A stretch of DNA of 64,000 nucleotides from an uncultured Chthonomonadaceae bacterium (GTDB lineage: Bacteria; Armatimonadota; Chthonomonadetes; Chthonomonadales; Chthonomonadaceae). This document shows positions 61,265 to 64,000 of the stretch, piece by piece. The notes below the pieces were generated by a model. The model was given only the letters and a program-made list of their open reading frames with translations. It was not told the DNA's origin and did no database searches. The position numbers and the translations under genes were made by a program. Location of the stretch: assembly GCA_963817895.1 (NCBI GenBank), contig CAWFQB010000004.1, positions 896,001 through 960,000 of the forward strand, in the 5' to 3' direction. Numbering within the stretch: position 1 is the stretch's first letter; the number at the start of each line of letters is the position of its first letter.

Positions 61265-64000
61265 ATGCAACGCGCTCCAAAATTACACCGTCGGCCTGCC
61301 CGTTTCGGCAGCCGCTTGAATACCGCTCCCCTGTTGAATACTATACCCCTGACGCGATTGGCTGCGGGGGGAGTGTTGGGCTTGCTGGCGACATGGCCGC
61401 TATCTGCGTCCGCCCAAACTCCGCCGCCCACAGGGAAAATGCCCAATATGCCCGTAGCAACGTCCGGCGCGGCGCGAAGCGGGCAGCCGGGACTGGCCCT
61501 GAACATTTCCGCCGAAAGCGCGCCGTATCATCTGGATTGGAATGGAACTCGGGTACGCTCACACGCCGCGCGCTGGGCGGGCAGTCGGAAATCAAACTGC
61601 CCCTGACGTATCTTCATTCGGAACCCGGCCCTAAAGGGTACTCGCAAATATCTGGCGTGGTTTCTGGCGCGGGACAAAGACCATTTCAGCATCGTCTGGT
61701 GTTACCTCAATGACGGCGGGCGCGAGTTCTATTGCTGGCTGTACCAGTTCCCCACCAATCAACTGACCACGCTGCGCTTTACCGGCGATTACCGGTTTGC
61801 GCCCCTGCCGGAACCGGTTGCGCCCTCCCTCCTGCCGGATTTCGCGGCGCAGGCGATGCCGACATACACCGGGCCGGATTTCAAATACCGCGATTGGACG
61901 CGCCGCAGCGGACAATTGGCAACTTTGCGACTTAAAGCCCGCCCGCGAGTCCTTCGCCGCGTCACTGGCAGGGGGAACAGGGAACAGACCCTCCAGCAAC
62001 CAGTCACCCGTCACCAGCCGCCACGAAAACGTTGTCCGGCTTGCGGGTGTATCCGTTGCACGAGATTCAGGTGGCGAAGGGGAACGGCTGGCGCGCGGGC
62101 GGCTGGCGCGAATTGCACGCGCTGGCTATGGACAGCGCGAACGAACCCTACTACCTGATTATGTATAGCAACGTGACGCAGGGGTACGCGGTTGACATCA
62201 AACGCGCGCAAACCTACGTGGTGGATTTCGGCTCCAAAGTTGAATTTTCCAACGACAACACGGTCTTCGGCGCGAAAGAGGAGACCATTGTCGGCCCGCC
62301 GGACGCGCGTATCCGCCGCTATTCGCGGGTGGAAATACCGCTCGTTACCACGAATAAATACGACAATCCCTACAGCAACGTGCAGTTGTACATGGAATTT
62401 CGGACGCCGGATGGCAAAACCGTGTCCGTACCCGGATTCTGGGACGGGGACAGACGTGGCGCGTCCGGTTCACGCCCACGCAGGTCGGCAAGTGGTCGTG
62501 GCGCAGCTACTCCAACGATACCAATCTGGAAAAGCAGGTCGGCTCTTTTACCTGCGTATCGGATGATAGCGGCGGCAAGGGGTTCGTTACAGTCAATGCG
62601 CAACGGTTTTATCCGCACTCGTTTGCCAGCGCGAATGGACTGGCGTTTTTCCCGGTTTACCTGCGTGACCCGGTACACTACTTCCCGGCTCCCGACGTGT
62701 CCGCATCGCCTACGCCTGCTCCGAAAACGCCCGCAAAAGCGGCTGCGCCCGCGAACATAAGCCTGATTGTGCCGATGCAGAATACGCAGACGCCCGCGTC
62801 CATGCCACAGGTGGATGGAATAGACGATCCCGCGCTGATGGACCTGACCAACAAAAACACGCCGCGCGCGTTTATCAACTTTGCGCGGCGCGTGGACGAT
62901 GCCGCCGCGCTCGGATTTAATCGCTTTTGGGGCGGGTGGCTGCTCGACCCGACCCTGTTCCCGAAACACGCGCAGGCGAATGAGGGCGGCGCGCCGTTTA
63001 TCAATTACGATCTCGACAACATCAACCCTGCCTATTTTCAGTGGATGGATCGGCGTATCGCGTACTGCAACGAGCGCGGCATCATTCCCGACATCGGCAT
63101 CACCGACATCGGTTCCAATCTGTTGTCGGAAGTGAAACCGGAACAGATAAGCCGCCTGTGGCAGTACACGCTTGCCCGCTATTCCAGTTTCAATGTCAGC
63201 TGGAACCTGTTCGGAAAATCGCCGGATAGTCCATATCCGCCGGACGTGGATGCGTGGGTAGAGCCTTTGGGGAAAATGACGGACTTGTATGATCCTGCCG
63301 GGCATCCACTGACAACGGTTGTTCCCAACTTTGCGCCCCAAATGCCCGTGACTGCGCCTTCCAATGCGCCCGTCATTATTCGGCCCGACAACCCGGTGAT
63401 TATTCGCCCGGATGTGCCGAACGCCAACGGGTTCGTGCCGGATTTAGGAAATTCAAATCCGTTCATCCCCAATCAACCCGGTTCTAATCCGCCCGGTTCC
63501 AATCCGGCTGGCGCGACGCCCCCGCAGCCTTTCACGGGCGGGCGGGGAACGGGCGCGCCGGGAACGCAGAATCCGGCAGATACGGGCGGCGGAACAGACC
63601 CGGCCACCCCCGGCAACAACGGGCGGCGCAGCCGCAATCAACAGGGTAATACCGGCAGAGGGGCCACTTCGGGCGGCAGTACCGGCGGCAATCCTACCGG
63701 AAGCAACACTGGCCGGGGAAATACCGGCAGGGGGAACAATACTGGCGCGGGGCAAACTCCCACTCGCGGCGCGGGAAACACGCCGGGGCGAGGAACCGGG
63801 GCCGGTTCGCAGGCCAATGGCGCGGGCGGGCAAATGCCGAATTTCCCCGGCTTTCCCGGCGCGGGTTCCGGTTTCCCCGGTCGTTCCGCAACGGGCGGCG
63901 CGGGAACCAGTCTGGACATGACGGGCGCTGACCCGCGCTTTCAGGGACGAACCGGACGCACAGGACGAACCGGAAGAGGCCGGGGCGGAAGCGGCTTTGG
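61265..64000 (+). CDS. Large secreted protein with DUF5060/DUF4038 (apiosidase-like) domains and Gly/Pro/Asn-rich tail (frameshifted; runs off the window)
   Basis: Signal-like N-terminus; NPY..V.L..EF.TPDG....VPGFWDG..W.VRF.P...G.W.W (DUF5060-like); N..YF.W.DRRI..CNERGI, Y..ARYS.FNV.W.L.G (DUF4038-like); low-complexity from ~63320. Confidence 0.7.

Noticed and set aside
490..64000. Dozens of frameshifts suggesting mass pseudogenisation or programmed frameshifting
   Set aside because: They hit conserved housekeeping genes (mrdA, recN, mutS, uvrA, yajQ) evenly, are almost all single-base indels, and come with almost no in-frame stops or motif decay. This is the pattern expected from unpolished long-read sequence.
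63320..64000. Gly-rich region as a DNA repeat element or collagen
   Set aside because: It is low-complexity at the protein level without strict DNA periodicity or a sustained Gly-X-Y register.

Overview
Bacterial chromosomal window with high GC. The gene content (H-X9-DG and prepilin/DUF1559 proteins, an OPT-like/PqqD/FtsX/ABC cluster, Uma2, DUF2961) suggests Armatimonadota, which is an inference. About half of the genes are split by single-base frameshifts, including mrdA, recN, mutS, uvrA and yajQ. I read these as uncorrected long-read indels and report the genes re-joined, with approximate internal junctions. Housekeeping and metabolic genes (PBP2, RecN, MutS, UvrA, lipoate ligase pair, rhamnulokinase, class III FBPase, L25, M16 peptidase pair, two MFS transporters) are interspersed with small accessory modules: a TerY-P (vWA/PP2C/kinase) triad with a WD40 extension, a HEPN gene with two paralogous partners, a stand-alone T4 Rnl1-like RNA ligase, and decayed MazF and HNH modules. 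The most notable observations are: (i) a full-length Rho paralog that has lost the main ATPase residues (Walker A Lys, catalytic Glu, arginine finger); (ii) a PTS Enzyme I paralog lacking the HPr-binding domain and the phospho-His, at the end of an OPT-like/H-X9-DG/PqqD/FtsX/ABC gene cluster; (iii) about 20 short tandem-repeat (7/8/9-mer) arrays from several families, mostly inverted pairs filling gene junctions and sometimes in-frame in protein linkers; (iv) a ~185-bp MITE/REPIN-like element. I recognised no rRNA, tRNA, CRISPR array or intact transposase. All family calls come from motif recognition by eye, not from database searches.
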